This document shows, piece by piece, positions 10,915-22,400 of a stretch of 64,000 nt of DNA; position 1 is the stretch's first letter, and each line of letters starts with the position of its first letter. Location of the stretch: NCBI GenBank assembly GCA_017642535.1, contig JAGCOW010000096.1, positions 15,428 through 79,427 of the forward strand, in the 5' to 3' direction. The position numbers were made by a program, and so were the translations under genes. The notes beneath the pieces are model-generated. The model searched no databases. It saw nothing but the letters and a program-made list of their open reading frames with translations, and was not told the DNA's origin. This stretch comes from Bacteroidales bacterium (GTDB lineage Bacteria > Bacteroidota > Bacteroidia > Bacteroidales > UBA1715).

Positions 10915-11826
10915 TTACTTCCGATTGCTATATTTCATAAACGCAAGGGAAATATCTTCCTTGTAAGTATCTGTCACTGGTATCTCGACCATAGGTTGTG
11001 TATCCAATTCCAACACAAGTCCTACACCACCTTTACGAAGAGCAACGGCATGGTCAAAATTCACCATATATTTTCTATGGCAACGGAAAATCGTGGTATC
11101 TTTCAAATCATCAACCAAACGCTTGAGTGAGTTTCTCAAAAGATAATCCAACATTTTTCCCTGATTTTGATATTTTATATGGACGTAATTATCGTCAGAC
11201 TCAATCCAAATAACATTTTCCATCTTGACTGACAAACGAATCTCGCCCTTTTCATCCTTGAACTGTACCACCGTTGGCTGATTAACTGCCGAAACAGCAA
11301 TATCGCTTCCTTTATACTGATTCTCTAATTTCTGCAAGGCATTCTTTTTTTCCCAGAAAGCCAAATACAGCCACGACAACATTGTAGGAATCAATAACAC
11401 GAAGAAAATTGCAGAAAAGCAACTCCAAAAGAAATCAACCACCTGAGTTCCGTCCTTTAATCCCGCTGTCGCAGGCATTGCAAGCGTTGCTATACTGGTG
11501 TAAATGATCGACATAGCGGATATTTCCACTATAATCCAAACTACAAAAACCCAATAAAACATTCTATGACGCTTGGCATAAAAATATAATATGACACGAC
11601 TAATAACCAACACAAAAAAGCCGACAAACACAATCGCCATCGACCATAGAAGGTATTCCAACGTAGTAACGTCGCCACCACCCCATTGTGTAGAAGAGAA
11701 AGGTTTATAGATATTTATAAACAACAATGCAAATATCGTCGCAAACACGACAGAACTTGCAAGACCGGATTTTTGAGTCAAATATCCAGGAATTTCCTTT
11801 TGTTGCTTAAATTCTATTAGCTTCAT
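10915..11826 (-). CDS. Membrane protein with a C-terminal LytTR DNA-binding domain
   Basis: 303 aa with about four transmembrane helices. The C-terminus (VIWIESDDNYVHIKY...FRCHRKYMVN) is a LytTR pattern. Confidence 0.75.
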   Translation of the reverse strand: MKLIEFKQQKEIPGYLTQKSGLASSVVFATIFALLFINIYKPFSSTQWGGGDVTTLEYLLWSMAIVFVGFFVLVISRVILYFYAKRHRMFYWVFVVWIIVEISAMSIIYTSIATLAMPATAGLKDGTQVVDFFWSCFSAIFFVLLIPTMLSWLYLAFWEKKNALQKLENQYKGSDIAVSAVNQPTVVQFKDEKGEIRLSVKMENVIWIESDDNYVHIKYQNQGKMLDYLLRNSLKRLVDDLKDTTIFRCHRKYMVNFDHAVALRKGGVGLVLELDTQPMVEIPVTDTYKEDISLAFMKYSNRK

Positions 11827-11926
11827 ACCGAAATTTTGTGCAAAGGTAAAAAAAATCCTTTACACAAACAAGAATGAAAAATTCAAGGAAAAATAGTATA
11901 TTTGTAACGGATTAAAAACATAGAAG

Positions 11927-12529
11927 ATGATAAAGACAGATTTAGATAAAGCAAGTTATAGCTTGGGAATGAATATAGGAGCGAGTCTCAAAGGTGAAGG
12001 CGTGAGCCAAATCAATGCCGAAATGTTCGCGAAAGGTCTTTCAGATATGCTCAATGGAAGCAAACTTGAACTTTCGATGCAAGAGGCATACGAGACGATA
12101 CAAGATTTTTTGGCGAAAGCAAATGCTGCCAAATTTTCTAAAAACATTACCGAGGGTAAGAATTTTTTGGAAGAAAACGGGAAACGTCCTGGCGTTGTAA
12201 CGCTTCCAAGCGGTTTACAATATGAAATCATTACACAAGGGAACGGTCCTAAACCCAAAGCTACCGATACGGTAACCACACACTATCATGGTACTTTGAT
12301 TGACGGAACGGTATTCGACAGTTCTGTTCAACGCAATCAACCAGCATCATTCCCTGTAAACGGCGTAATTCAAGGATGGGTTGAAGCTCTTCAACTTATG
12401 CCTGTGGGCTCGAAATGGAAATTATATGTGCCATCAGAATTAGCGTATGGAGCAAATCCTCATCCTGGTGGACCGATAGAACCTCACATGACGCTTATTT
12501 TCGAGGTTGAATTATTGGCAATCAAATAA
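11927..12529 (+). CDS. FKBP-type peptidyl-prolyl cis-trans isomerase (FklB/Mip-like)
   Basis: 200 aa. The motifs VTTHYHGTLIDGTVFDSS, GVIQGW and LIFEVELL are FKBP-type. Confidence 0.9.
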   Translation: MIKTDLDKASYSLGMNIGASLKGEGVSQINAEMFAKGLSDMLNGSKLELSMQEAYETIQDFLAKANAAKFSKNITEGKNFLEENGKRPGVVTLPSGLQYEIITQGNGPKPKATDTVTTHYHGTLIDGTVFDSSVQRNQPASFPVNGVIQGWVEALQLMPVGSKWKLYVPSELAYGANPHPGGPIEPHMTLIFEVELLAIK

Positions 12530-12543
12530 AAACGTTCTGACCC

Positions 12544-14529
12544 ATGAAACGATTGTTGACACTTTTCATATCAGTTTTTCTTCTGGTTCACCTCTGTTTT
12601 AGCCAAAAGAATCTGCAGAAACGTGCCGACGATGCGTTGAAATCCAACGAATATACGTTTGCCATTAACAATTATAAAAGTTTATTCTCACAAACGGAAA
12701 ACGAAGACCCGAACAAGCCAGTTATTGCATACAAGATTGGATATTGCTATCGACATATTTCAAGTCCGCTTCACGCACAATTATGGTTCGAAAAAGCTAT
12801 TGACTTGAATTATCAAGACCCCATCGTATATCTTTATTGTGCCGATGCAATGCGAATGAACGAGAACTTTGACAAGGCAATTTCATATTACGAGAAATAT
12901 CATTCATTGGTGCCATCCGACAAAAAAGCAGATAAGGGCATTGAATCGTGTAAGAATGCGAAAAAATGGATTAAAAATCCGACAAATTATAAAGTTACCA
13001 ATCTTGCCTACGTCAATAGCGAGTTTTCGGATTATTCTCCGTTTTACCTTTTTGACGGGAAAGGTTCTTCGTTATACTTTTCTTCTTCCCGTTCAAATGC
13101 CGTTGGCGATATGATTCACGGTGGTAGCGGGCAACGATTCTGTGACATTTTCACTTCAAAAGAAGATGCCAAAGGTGCATGGTCGGCGGCAGTCTCAATT
13201 TCCGACCAAATCAATACGACGAACGAAGAAGGTGCGCCAAGCATTACGAAAGATGGTAAATTCCTATTTTATACTCAATGTGAATACGGAAACACAAAAT
13301 CATTCTGTAAGATATTGTCATCCAATAAAATAGGTTCATCTTGGGATAAACCTGTTGTTGTAAAATTTTCCGACACGAAAGATACGGTTGACTATGTACA
13401 TCCTTGCATTTCGGAAAGCGGACTTACTTTGTTTTTTGCATCAAACCGACAAGGTGGCTATGGAGGTTACGACATTTGGTACTGCACTCGTCAATCGGTT
13501 AATGAAAAATGGGGAAGACCCAAGAATGCCGGAGATATTATCAACACTGAAAATGATGAATTATTCCCGTATTTGCGTGCTGACAGTACATTCTATTTTG
13601 CGTCGAATGGTCACGTTGGCATGGGTGGATTGGACATTTTTAGGGTAAATCACGATGCGAAAGGGAAAGAATATATTCTTAACCTGATGAGTCCTATCAA
13701 CTCTCCGTCAGACGATTTTGGCATTTCGTTCAAGGATTCTTTGGAAGAAGGATTCTTCAGTTCCAACCGTCCTGGTGGGAAAGGGTACGATGACATTTAT
13801 CATTTTGCAATCGTAAAACTGCATTATTCCATTAAGGGAAGAGTTATCAACGAAATGACCAACGAGCCGATTCCGCAAGCGACAGTTAGTTTAATTGGTA
13901 GTGACGGAACCTCAATGGAAGTGGTTGCCGATAACGAGGGAAATTACACATTTCAACTGAACCCACAGACCAATTACGTGTTACTGGCTATGCACAATGA
14001 CTTTTTGAACTGCAAATACAAGGTTTCAACATATGGTCGCAAAGACGACAAGGATTTTGAAGTCAATCTCTATATGACGCAAGTGGATGCTGCGATAGAA
14101 GTGCCCAACGTATTGTACGACGTGAATCGTTGGGAACTACGACCAGAATCCATCGTTTCACTTAACAAATTATTTGAAACATTGGAGGACAACCCATCCA
14201 TCGCCATAGAATTAAGTTCACACACCGACTATCGTGTGGGAACCAAAATGACCAACGAGGAATTGTCACAATTACGTGCCCAATCTGTTGTGGATTTCCT
14301 TATATCGAAAGGTATCGACAAAAAAAGATTGACGGCGAAAGGATATGGTGCATCGGCACCCAAGAAGATTGACATGAAATATGCCGATTTGTATCCGTTC
14401 TTGAAAGTTGGCGACGTGTTGACACCCGAATTTATACAGAATTTAAGCGACAAATCTCAACAAGATATTTGTCATCAAATAAATCGTAGAACAGAGTTCC
14501 GTGTAACTTCAACAAATTATAAAAAGTAA
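12544..14529 (+). CDS. OmpA family protein with TPR, TolB-like beta-propeller and CarboxypepD_reg-like domains
   Basis: 661 aa with a signal peptide, PD40-like repeats (YSPFY, LFFASNR, DIW) and a C-terminal OmpA domain (SHTDYRVG...NEELSQLRAQSV...NRRTEFRV). Confidence 0.85.
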   Translation: MKRLLTLFISVFLLVHLCFSQKNLQKRADDALKSNEYTFAINNYKSLFSQTENEDPNKPVIAYKIGYCYRHISSPLHAQLWFEKAIDLNYQDPIVYLYCADAMRMNENFDKAISYYEKYHSLVPSDKKADKGIESCKNAKKWIKNPTNYKVTNLAYVNSEFSDYSPFYLFDGKGSSLYFSSSRSNAVGDMIHGGSGQRFCDIFTSKEDAKGAWSAAVSISDQINTTNEEGAPSITKDGKFLFYTQCEYGNTKSFCKILSSNKIGSSWDKPVVVKFSDTKDTVDYVHPCISESGLTLFFASNRQGGYGGYDIWYCTRQSVNEKWGRPKNAGDIINTENDELFPYLRADSTFYFASNGHVGMGGLDIFRVNHDAKGKEYILNLMSPINSPSDDFGISFKDSLEEGFFSSNRPGGKGYDDIYHFAIVKLHYSIKGRVINEMTNEPIPQATVSLIGSDGTSMEVVADNEGNYTFQLNPQTNYVLLAMHNDFLNCKYKVSTYGRKDDKDFEVNLYMTQVDAAIEVPNVLYDVNRWELRPESIVSLNKLFETLEDNPSIAIELSSHTDYRVGTKMTNEELSQLRAQSVVDFLISKGIDKKRLTAKGYGASAPKKIDMKYADLYPFLKVGDVLTPEFIQNLSDKSQQDICHQINRRTEFRVTSTNYKK

Positions 14530-15698
14530 TGGCAGTAGAATCTCGCTATATGCAACGTGGCGTTTCGGCAGGCAAGGAAGATGTGCACAACGCCATAAAA
14601 AACATTGACAAAGGATTATATCCACAAGCATTTTGTAAAATCATCCCCGATATTTTAGGGGGCGATCCTGAATATTGCAACATAATGCACGCCGACGGAG
14701 CTGGTACGAAATCATCGTTGGCATATCTTTATTGGAAAGAAACGGGAGATTTGTCGGTTTGGAAAGGCATTGCCCAAGATGCGCTGATTATGAACATCGA
14801 CGACCTTTTGTGCGTGGGTGCAGTTGACAATATCTTGGTTTCGTCAACAATAGGGAGAAACAAACTTCTTATTCCGGGTGAAGTTATTTCTGCCATCATC
14901 AATGGCACCGACGAACTCCTTGCTGAACTACGAGAGATGGGCGTCGGCGTATATGCCACTGGTGGCGAGACAGCCGATGTAGGCGATTTGGTACGAACTA
15001 TCATCGTTGACAGCACCGTAACATGCCGTATGAAACGGAGCGATGTAATCAACAATGCCAACATAAAAGCAGGCGACGTGATTGTGGGACTTGCTTCATA
15101 CGGAAAAGCAACATATGAAAAAGAATACAATGGCGGAATGGGTAGCAACGGATTAACTTCGGCACGCCACGACGTGTTTGGAAAATATCTTGCAAAGAAA
15201 TACCCAGAAAGTTACGATGCCGCCGTTCCCGACGACCTTGTGTATTCAGGAAATCTGAAACTTACTGATGCCGTTCAGGATTCTCCTCTTGATGCTGGAA
15301 AATTGGTTCTTTCACCAACAAGAACGTATGCTCCAGTAGTAAAAAAATTGTTAGATGCTATGCGTCCGCAAATACACGGAATGGTTCATTGTTCGGGCGG
15401 TGCACAGACTAAAATTTTGCATTTTATTGACAATCTTAAAGTTGTAAAAGACAATCTATTCCCTGTTCCTCCGCTTTTCAAAACTATCAAAGAACAATCG
15501 GGAACGGATTGGAAAGAAATGTACAAGGTATTCAATATGGGACATCGTTTGGAAGTGTATGTTTCGCCCGAAAATGCACAACAAGTAATTGAGATTTCCA
15601 AGTCGTTTAATATCGACGCACAAGTTGTGGGTAGAATTGAGGCATCCGACAAGAAAGAACTTGTCATAGAAAGTGAATTTGGCAGATTTGAATACTAA
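14529..15698 (+). CDS. purM: AIR synthase-related protein (Bacteroidota-type PurM-like)
   Basis: 389 aa. The motifs HADGAGTKS, an NIDDLLCVGA-type region and the overall PurM N/C domain pattern fit. The start overlaps the upstream stop codon. Confidence 0.7.
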   Translation: MAVESRYMQRGVSAGKEDVHNAIKNIDKGLYPQAFCKIIPDILGGDPEYCNIMHADGAGTKSSLAYLYWKETGDLSVWKGIAQDALIMNIDDLLCVGAVDNILVSSTIGRNKLLIPGEVISAIINGTDELLAELREMGVGVYATGGETADVGDLVRTIIVDSTVTCRMKRSDVINNANIKAGDVIVGLASYGKATYEKEYNGGMGSNGLTSARHDVFGKYLAKKYPESYDAAVPDDLVYSGNLKLTDAVQDSPLDAGKLVLSPTRTYAPVVKKLLDAMRPQIHGMVHCSGGAQTKILHFIDNLKVVKDNLFPVPPLFKTIKEQSGTDWKEMYKVFNMGHRLEVYVSPENAQQVIEISKSFNIDAQVVGRIEASDKKELVIESEFGRFEY

Positions 15699-15721
15699 TC
15701 TCAAACGTTCATTTCATCCGT

Positions 15722-17215
15722 ATGCAAGGGAAATACGACATAATCATTGTTGGTAGTGGTCTTGGAGGTTTAGTATGCGGATATATCCTTTCAAAAAAAG
15801 GATTCAAAGTTGCCATAGTCGAAAAAAATGCTCAAATCGGCGGTTGTTTGCAGTCATTCAGACGCAAGGGGGTGAATTTTGACACCGGAATGCACTACAT
15901 TGGCAGTATGGACGAAGGTCAAATCCTTTATCGCTTCTGGAAATATCTTGGCTTAACCGAAACGATTCCGCTCCAAAGACTGAACAACGACGGTTTTGAC
16001 ATCATTTCTCTCAACGGCACGCAATATAACATTGCTTCGGGCTACGACAATTTCATTCAATCTTTGTCACAAAAGTTTCCTAACAACGAAGATGACATTA
16101 AGAACTATGTAAAACGAGTGCAAGACATTGCCGACGCGTCGCCACTCTACAATCTGAAAAAAATACAAAACAACGTATTTTTAGAGCCGGATTACATAAA
16201 GACAAGTATTAACGACTTCATTGCTTCGACAACGCAAAATCCCGTCTTACAAAACGTACTAGCAGGCAATCTACCTCTCTATGCAGGAGTGAAAGACAAA
16301 ACGCCGACGTACATCCACGCTCTCATCACAAATTTCTATATTCAGAGTGCATTTAGAATCATTGGAGGAAGCAATCAGATTGCCGATTCACTTGCAAATT
16401 CAATAAAACACTTTGGCGGTGAGATATTTACCAATGCCGAGGTTGACAAATTCATTTGTGATTCCGAGAAAGCAACAGCAGTAATACTCACGAACGGAGA
16501 ACGCTTGGAAGCCAAAAGCTTCATTTCGAATGTACATCCACAAGTTACCATAAGTAAAATTGACTCTCCGATGATACGGAAAGCGTATCGGACACGTATC
16601 AACAGCTTGCAAAACACGATTTCGAATTTCACCGTATATATAAAATTCAAACCAAACACGACACCCTATCTTAATTATAATTACTACTATTACAAGAATG
16701 CCGACGTGTGGGCTGGCAACGACTACAATCCCGAAAAATGGCCTGAACAATTTCTGTTTATGCATCAATGCAAGGAAAAAGACCAGAAATTTGCCGAAAG
16801 TGCCGAACTCATCGCCTATATGAATTACGCCGAAGTAAAACAATGGGAAGGCACAACCGTAGGTCATCGTGGCGAGGATTACGAGCTTTTCAAGAAACAA
16901 AAGGCAGAACGAATGTTGCAAGAACTTGAGCTTTCGTTTCCGGGAATTCAGAATTGTATTGAGACATACTATACCTCAACGCCGTTGACGTATGAAAATT
17001 ACACCAAAACCAAGGACGGTTCAATGTACGGAATCATTCGCGACAAAAATTTTCCCACACAAACACTTGTGTCACAAAGAACAAAAATACCAAATCTGTT
17101 TATGACTGGGCAAAACATCAATTCCCACGGAATTTTAGGTGTTACCATCGGCTCTGTCATCACGTGTGCCGAATTTTTAGGACTGAACGAGGTGATTCAA
17201 GAATTTTACGAATAA
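15722..17215 (+). CDS. FAD/NAD(P)-dependent oxidoreductase, phytoene-desaturase (CrtI-like) family
   Basis: 497 aa. The N-terminal Rossmann motif is DIIIVGSGLGGLVCGYILSKKGFKVAIVEKNAQIGG. Confidence 0.75.
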   Translation: MQGKYDIIIVGSGLGGLVCGYILSKKGFKVAIVEKNAQIGGCLQSFRRKGVNFDTGMHYIGSMDEGQILYRFWKYLGLTETIPLQRLNNDGFDIISLNGTQYNIASGYDNFIQSLSQKFPNNEDDIKNYVKRVQDIADASPLYNLKKIQNNVFLEPDYIKTSINDFIASTTQNPVLQNVLAGNLPLYAGVKDKTPTYIHALITNFYIQSAFRIIGGSNQIADSLANSIKHFGGEIFTNAEVDKFICDSEKATAVILTNGERLEAKSFISNVHPQVTISKIDSPMIRKAYRTRINSLQNTISNFTVYIKFKPNTTPYLNYNYYYYKNADVWAGNDYNPEKWPEQFLFMHQCKEKDQKFAESAELIAYMNYAEVKQWEGTTVGHRGEDYELFKKQKAERMLQELELSFPGIQNCIETYYTSTPLTYENYTKTKDGSMYGIIRDKNFPTQTLVSQRTKIPNLFMTGQNINSHGILGVTIGSVITCAEFLGLNEVIQEFYE

Positions 17216-17217
17216 AC

Positions 17218-18579
17218 TCATTCAAATTTTGTCACGATTTTGTTGTAATTCAGGATCAGCAGCACGCCAGTAACTACCGTTGACACAAAATCAGAAATCG
17301 GAACGGAGAGCCAGATGCCTTTCAAGCCCATATACTGCGGCAAGATAATGAGTAACGGAACCAAGAAAATGACTTGCCTTGTGAGCGACAAAAAGATAGA
17401 TAACCGTGCACGACCAATTGACTGAAAGAAAATGGAAACAACAATTTGGAAACCCAATATGGGGAACGCCATAGTAAACAATTGCATTCCCGAACAAATC
17501 AGATCCGTCATCACCACATTTTGGGTAAAACACGCTGCCAATTGTTCTGGAAAAAGATTCATTACAGCATATCCCACAATAGTTATACCCACGCCTATCC
17601 AAATGGTCATCCACAATGTTTTGGTTACTCGTGTAGGTTGCGACGCGCCATAATTGTAACCGACAATAGGTTGCATTCCGTGCGACAAGCCAACCACGAA
17701 GACCGTCACCAAACTAACTATCGTGTTGATTATTCCGTATGCGCCAATGGCATAATCGCCAGCATATTTCCCTAATTGCCAGTTAAATAAAGCTACGACC
17801 ATACACGTACACAAATGCAACAAATAAGGCGATAAACCTATAGAAAACACGTGACGAATAATATTCCACCGCAAGCCGTAAATGTGTTTTTTGAAATGAA
17901 TATGCGAGTTTTCGTGACAGAAATGCCACATAACCCACGCAAAACCAGCCGTCTGTCCCCAAATAGTAGCCAATGCGGCACCATCAACGCCCAAATCCAA
18001 CAAATACACGAAAACATATACCATCAGCACGTTGACTACCATCGTGACAAGCACCGCCCACATCGCCTTCGACGGATAGCCCGAAGAACGAAGCACCGAA
18101 TTGAGATAAAAAAATGCTTGCGTTATAGGATTACCTATCAAAATGATACGCATAAAATTACGAGCATACGAAATGGTAAGTCCGCTTGCACCAAACAGAT
18201 ACAACAAATCATCTAAAAAATACAAGCCCACTGCCGACAGTAACACGCTAATCAACAGAGTGAGAATCATACCATTACCGAATGTTTGCTCGGCATCGTC
18301 ACGACGATTGGCACCAAGTCGGATAGAGATGATTGAAGCGGCACCCGTACTTACCAACATACCAAACGCGGTAGCAATATTCATCAACGGCATAGTGATC
18401 GTCACACCCGAAATTGCAAGTGCACCGATGACCTGCCCGATAAAAATCCTATCAATAAGATTATACAATGATGTGGCAACCGTTGCGACAATGGCAGGAA
18501 TGGAATATTGCAACAAAAGCCGTCCAATATTCTTTTGTCCTAAATCCGTATCAATCGTATGTTCCAGCGTTTGCATCAA
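17218..18579 (-). CDS. MATE family efflux transporter
   Basis: 453 aa with 12 predicted transmembrane segments. The N-terminal LLLQYSIPAIVATVATSLYNLIDRIFIGQ pattern is typical of the family. Confidence 0.85.
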   Translation of the reverse strand: MMQTLEHTIDTDLGQKNIGRLLLQYSIPAIVATVATSLYNLIDRIFIGQVIGALAISGVTITMPLMNIATAFGMLVSTGAASIISIRLGANRRDDAEQTFGNGMILTLLISVLLSAVGLYFLDDLLYLFGASGLTISYARNFMRIILIGNPITQAFFYLNSVLRSSGYPSKAMWAVLVTMVVNVLMVYVFVYLLDLGVDGAALATIWGQTAGFAWVMWHFCHENSHIHFKKHIYGLRWNIIRHVFSIGLSPYLLHLCTCMVVALFNWQLGKYAGDYAIGAYGIINTIVSLVTVFVVGLSHGMQPIVGYNYGASQPTRVTKTLWMTIWIGVGITIVGYAVMNLFPEQLAACFTQNVVMTDLICSGMQLFTMAFPILGFQIVVSIFFQSIGRARLSIFLSLTRQVIFLVPLLIILPQYMGLKGIWLSVPISDFVSTVVTGVLLILNYNKIVTKFE

Positions 18580-18588
18580 TGCGGATTT

Positions 18589-19443
18589 TTAATCACCCTC
18601 ATCAAAATCACTTTCATCATCATCATCGTCGTCGTCATCCTCATCGTAATCTTCATCCGACGCATCATCGTCAAGAGCCAAATATGGTGAAGAATCCACG
18701 GAATCAACGTCGAACAAATCATCTTCAACCATATTCCCGTGAGCAACAGCAAGAATTTCGTCAGAAGATAAAGCACGAACGTTGGTGACGATCAATTTTT
18801 CAGAAAGGAAATTGCCCATTTCCACACAACCGTCAACCACTTCTTTTATCACATTTGAAACAACGACATCTAACGGAATCAATACCGTAGCACGAAAAAT
18901 ACAGCCCGAAATCTCCAACGACTCCACCTCGCAACCATATGTATCCATTGCCGAATCAAACTCGCCACGAAGAATGCGAGTTTCAACTTCGTTAAACGCA
19001 ATCTCGTTTTTGTGTAAAAAGCCAATAAAATAACGAAGACTCGTACCTTTTCCGCCCATTCCTGTGGAAATCAAAATCTGATCTTCATCAAGTAAGGAAC
19101 TCTCCAACAACATTTTACATTCGCGATATGCCATAGCTGCCCAGAGTTTCAACTCGCCAACCGCATCGTTTCTGAACTTCTCAATAATACGAAACGATTC
19201 GGGATTGCCCAGCAAAGCAAGAAAAACCAATATGTCACGTTGTTCTTCCAAACGGGCATCAGGGTCGTATAACAAAGGAACTTTCTCTAAAATATCCTCA
19301 AACGTCACCACGTGTTTTTTCAACATTCCCGAACGTTTGAAATAGTTCATCTGGAGATTTAAATCAATCTGCTCCTCAATGATATTGAGCCCTTCGTAAT
19401 CGCCTTTTGCTATTTTTTCTTGTATATTTTTTGGTAATATCAT
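18589..19443 (-). CDS. Hypothetical protein with an extreme poly-Asp/Glu C-terminal tail
   Basis: 284 aa. I recognised no family motif. The tail reads DDDASDEDYDEDDDDDDDDESDFDEGD. Confidence 0.5.
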   Translation of the reverse strand: MILPKNIQEKIAKGDYEGLNIIEEQIDLNLQMNYFKRSGMLKKHVVTFEDILEKVPLLYDPDARLEEQRDILVFLALLGNPESFRIIEKFRNDAVGELKLWAAMAYRECKMLLESSLLDEDQILISTGMGGKGTSLRYFIGFLHKNEIAFNEVETRILRGEFDSAMDTYGCEVESLEISGCIFRATVLIPLDVVVSNVIKEVVDGCVEMGNFLSEKLIVTNVRALSSDEILAVAHGNMVEDDLFDVDSVDSSPYLALDDDASDEDYDEDDDDDDDDESDFDEGD

Positions 19444-19447
19444 ATCC

Positions 19448-22400
19448 TTATATTATTGCATCGTAAATCAAACGTTGGATTCGTGGTCGCAACGCTGAAT
19501 CGCCCAACATTGTGTTTTTCGCGTCGGGGGTGATTCGATTCACTCTGTTCGACAAAAATATATAAATTATTGATTCTTCGGGGTCAACCCAGAATAAAGT
19601 TCCTGTAAACCCCGTATGACCATAACTATCCAACGATGTACAATGACACGTTGGGTCAAGTTTCAAGCGATTTGGTTCTGGTTTATCAAAACCATAGCCC
19701 TTTCTATTTCCATTTTCGCAATTTGGACACGACGTGAACAATTTAATCGTTTGGGGATTCAAGAATTTTTCATTTCCATACGAACCTTCGTTCAACAGCA
19801 TTTGAAGCAATTTTGCCAAATCATACGCATCGGAAAACAAGCCAGCGTGACCGCTCACACCACCCAAAATCGCCGCTCCCCTATCATGCACGTAACCTTG
19901 CAACAACTGTTTTCGAAAAAACTCATCGTTTTCGGTCGGAGCAATTTGTGATTTCTCAAATTTCTTCAATGGCAAATAACCCAACGTTGACGCGCCAAGT
20001 TTCGCATAAAAGTTCTCATTGAGATACTCATCCAACGACTCGCCCGACAAGTTTTTTACCACATCGGTCATCAAGTAAAACCCCAAATCGCTATACACAA
20101 CTTCTTTATTCGGCAACAAAGGCGATTCCATTATCAAGCGAAAAACCGTATCACGGTAGCCATTGAACATATATCGATTCTCGCCAATCTCGATTTGATG
20201 AGTGTCATCTTTTTTGTCAGAAAACGCACCATCGACATACTGCATATCTTTCGTCATATACAACTGATAATCAAGCATGTATGGATAATCAACAGAACGA
20301 GTTTTCGACTTTTTTCCGCGTCCATAATAATCAACAATGAACGTCGGCAACGAAGAAACGCCTGATTTTAACTGTGCCTGATGCGTCAGCACGTCGGAAA
20401 CGAGCAACGTATCCTTGTTCGTTCCTTGCAAATACGGCAGATAATCGCCAAGAGTTTTTTTTAGCGAAAATTTTCCTTCATCATACAATCTCATCAATGC
20501 AACAGCCGTCGCCGCCGATTTTGTAACCGAAGCCAAGTCATAAATAGTTGTTTCTGTCACAGAATCAGCGGAATTGTACGAAAAACGCCCGAACGCCTTT
20601 TCATAAACCACTACCCCGTTGCGTGCAACCAAGACTTCACAGCCAGGCATTGCACCATAACCAATAAATGTATTGACAACTGAATCAATCTTTTGCAACT
20701 TTTTTTCGTCAAATCCCACTTCTATTGGTTCGCCCACACGCAAACGGTCAATTGAGCCGTAAGAGATGCCACTTCCAGCCATAAAGCCACCTGCCGACAC
20801 AGGTAAATGTCCGCTTGCCGGCAATGCACCAAACAACACTTCGGGAGTAATTTCCTGTACCATACGTTTGAAATCGTGCGACACTACAAGCGTTTCAACA
20901 TTTGGCAAAACCGTCTTGAAATAATCCAACGCATACGGATTGGCGTGAAGCACCATCACCACATTATTTTCTTTGGCGATACGACCGACAATATCAACCA
21001 TTGGTTGAGTTATTCCATACTTTTTGCTTGGATACGAACTCGAGCCTTGCACGTCGAGAATCACCACATCGTATGCTTTCAATTCCTGCAATGTTTTAGG
21101 CAACAATTCCTCAAGCGTTTTATAATCATTCGACGCAGGCACGACGAACTGTTTTACCGTCGTCTGTTTCTGCAATTTCTTTACGAAATACGACGTTTTA
21201 TCCGTCAGTGAAACAACGGCAAATTTCTTAGTGTCCAATTTCTTGAACGGCAGTTGTGACTTAGAGTCACGGACTACCGTAATTGAAGATTGCACAAGTT
21301 TTCTATTCAGATTTTTCGCTGAAGGCGTATTCAAATCCTCGTACAAATTCTGTAAATCAACGTGAGTGCGCTCAGGCACTTTCATCCACGATTTTGCGAT
21401 AAGAATTCTTCTACAATGTTCGTCAATGTCGGATTGTTTCACCCGACCGCTTGCAAGAGCCGCCTTTATTGCCGAAATGGCCTGCGGAACGTCCAAAGAG
21501 AACTCCAACACGTCGTTGCCGGCAAGCAAGGCACGAACCTCTACTTCGCCAGCGGGGAAAGCATTTGCCACCGCCTTCATATTGAGAGCGTCGGTGAAAA
21601 TCAAACCTTGGAAATTCAAGTCATCACGAAGTTTTTCCTTCACTATTTTTGGCGACAATGTTGACGGAAGATTTTTTGTCTTATCCATTGACGGCACATA
21701 CAAATGAGCAATCATTATTCCTGTCAAATCATTCTTTATCAATCGTTTGAAAGGATACAACTCAAAATTTTCAAGTTCTTCTTTTGTACCACTCACCAAC
21801 GGCAATGAATAATGCGAATCGCTTGTCACATTGCCGTGACCAGGAAAATGTTTTGCCGTAGTCAACACGTTTTGCGACTGCATTCCACGCATATACAACT
21901 CCCCTTTTTCCGCCACATTACGTTTTTCCTCGCCAAACGAGCGAGTGTTTATCACAGGATTGAGCGGATTATTATTGATATCAACCACAGGAGCGAAGTT
22001 GATATGAATGCCCATTCGCACGCATTGGCGACCAACTTCCACGCCCATCTCCTCAATCAGATGATGATTTTTCTCGTCAATGGCACCAAGTTGCAACTGA
22101 CGAGGGAACGAGATGGTACTATCTAAACGCATTCCCAAACCCCATTCTCCATCAATGGCAACCGACAAAGGGATTTTTGCCAATGACTGGAATTCGTTTG
22201 TCATCTTTGCCTGCAATACAGGCGAACCTTTGAAGAAAATCACGCCGCCAATGTGCTGCTCGGTAATCAATTTTTTGACAGCTTCAGTATTATTCTGTTT
22301 CGGGTCGGAATAAGCTGCCACCATAAATAGTTGACCTATTTTTTCATCTATCGACATTGAGTTGAAGACAGAATCCACCCAATGCATATCGGCACCCTGA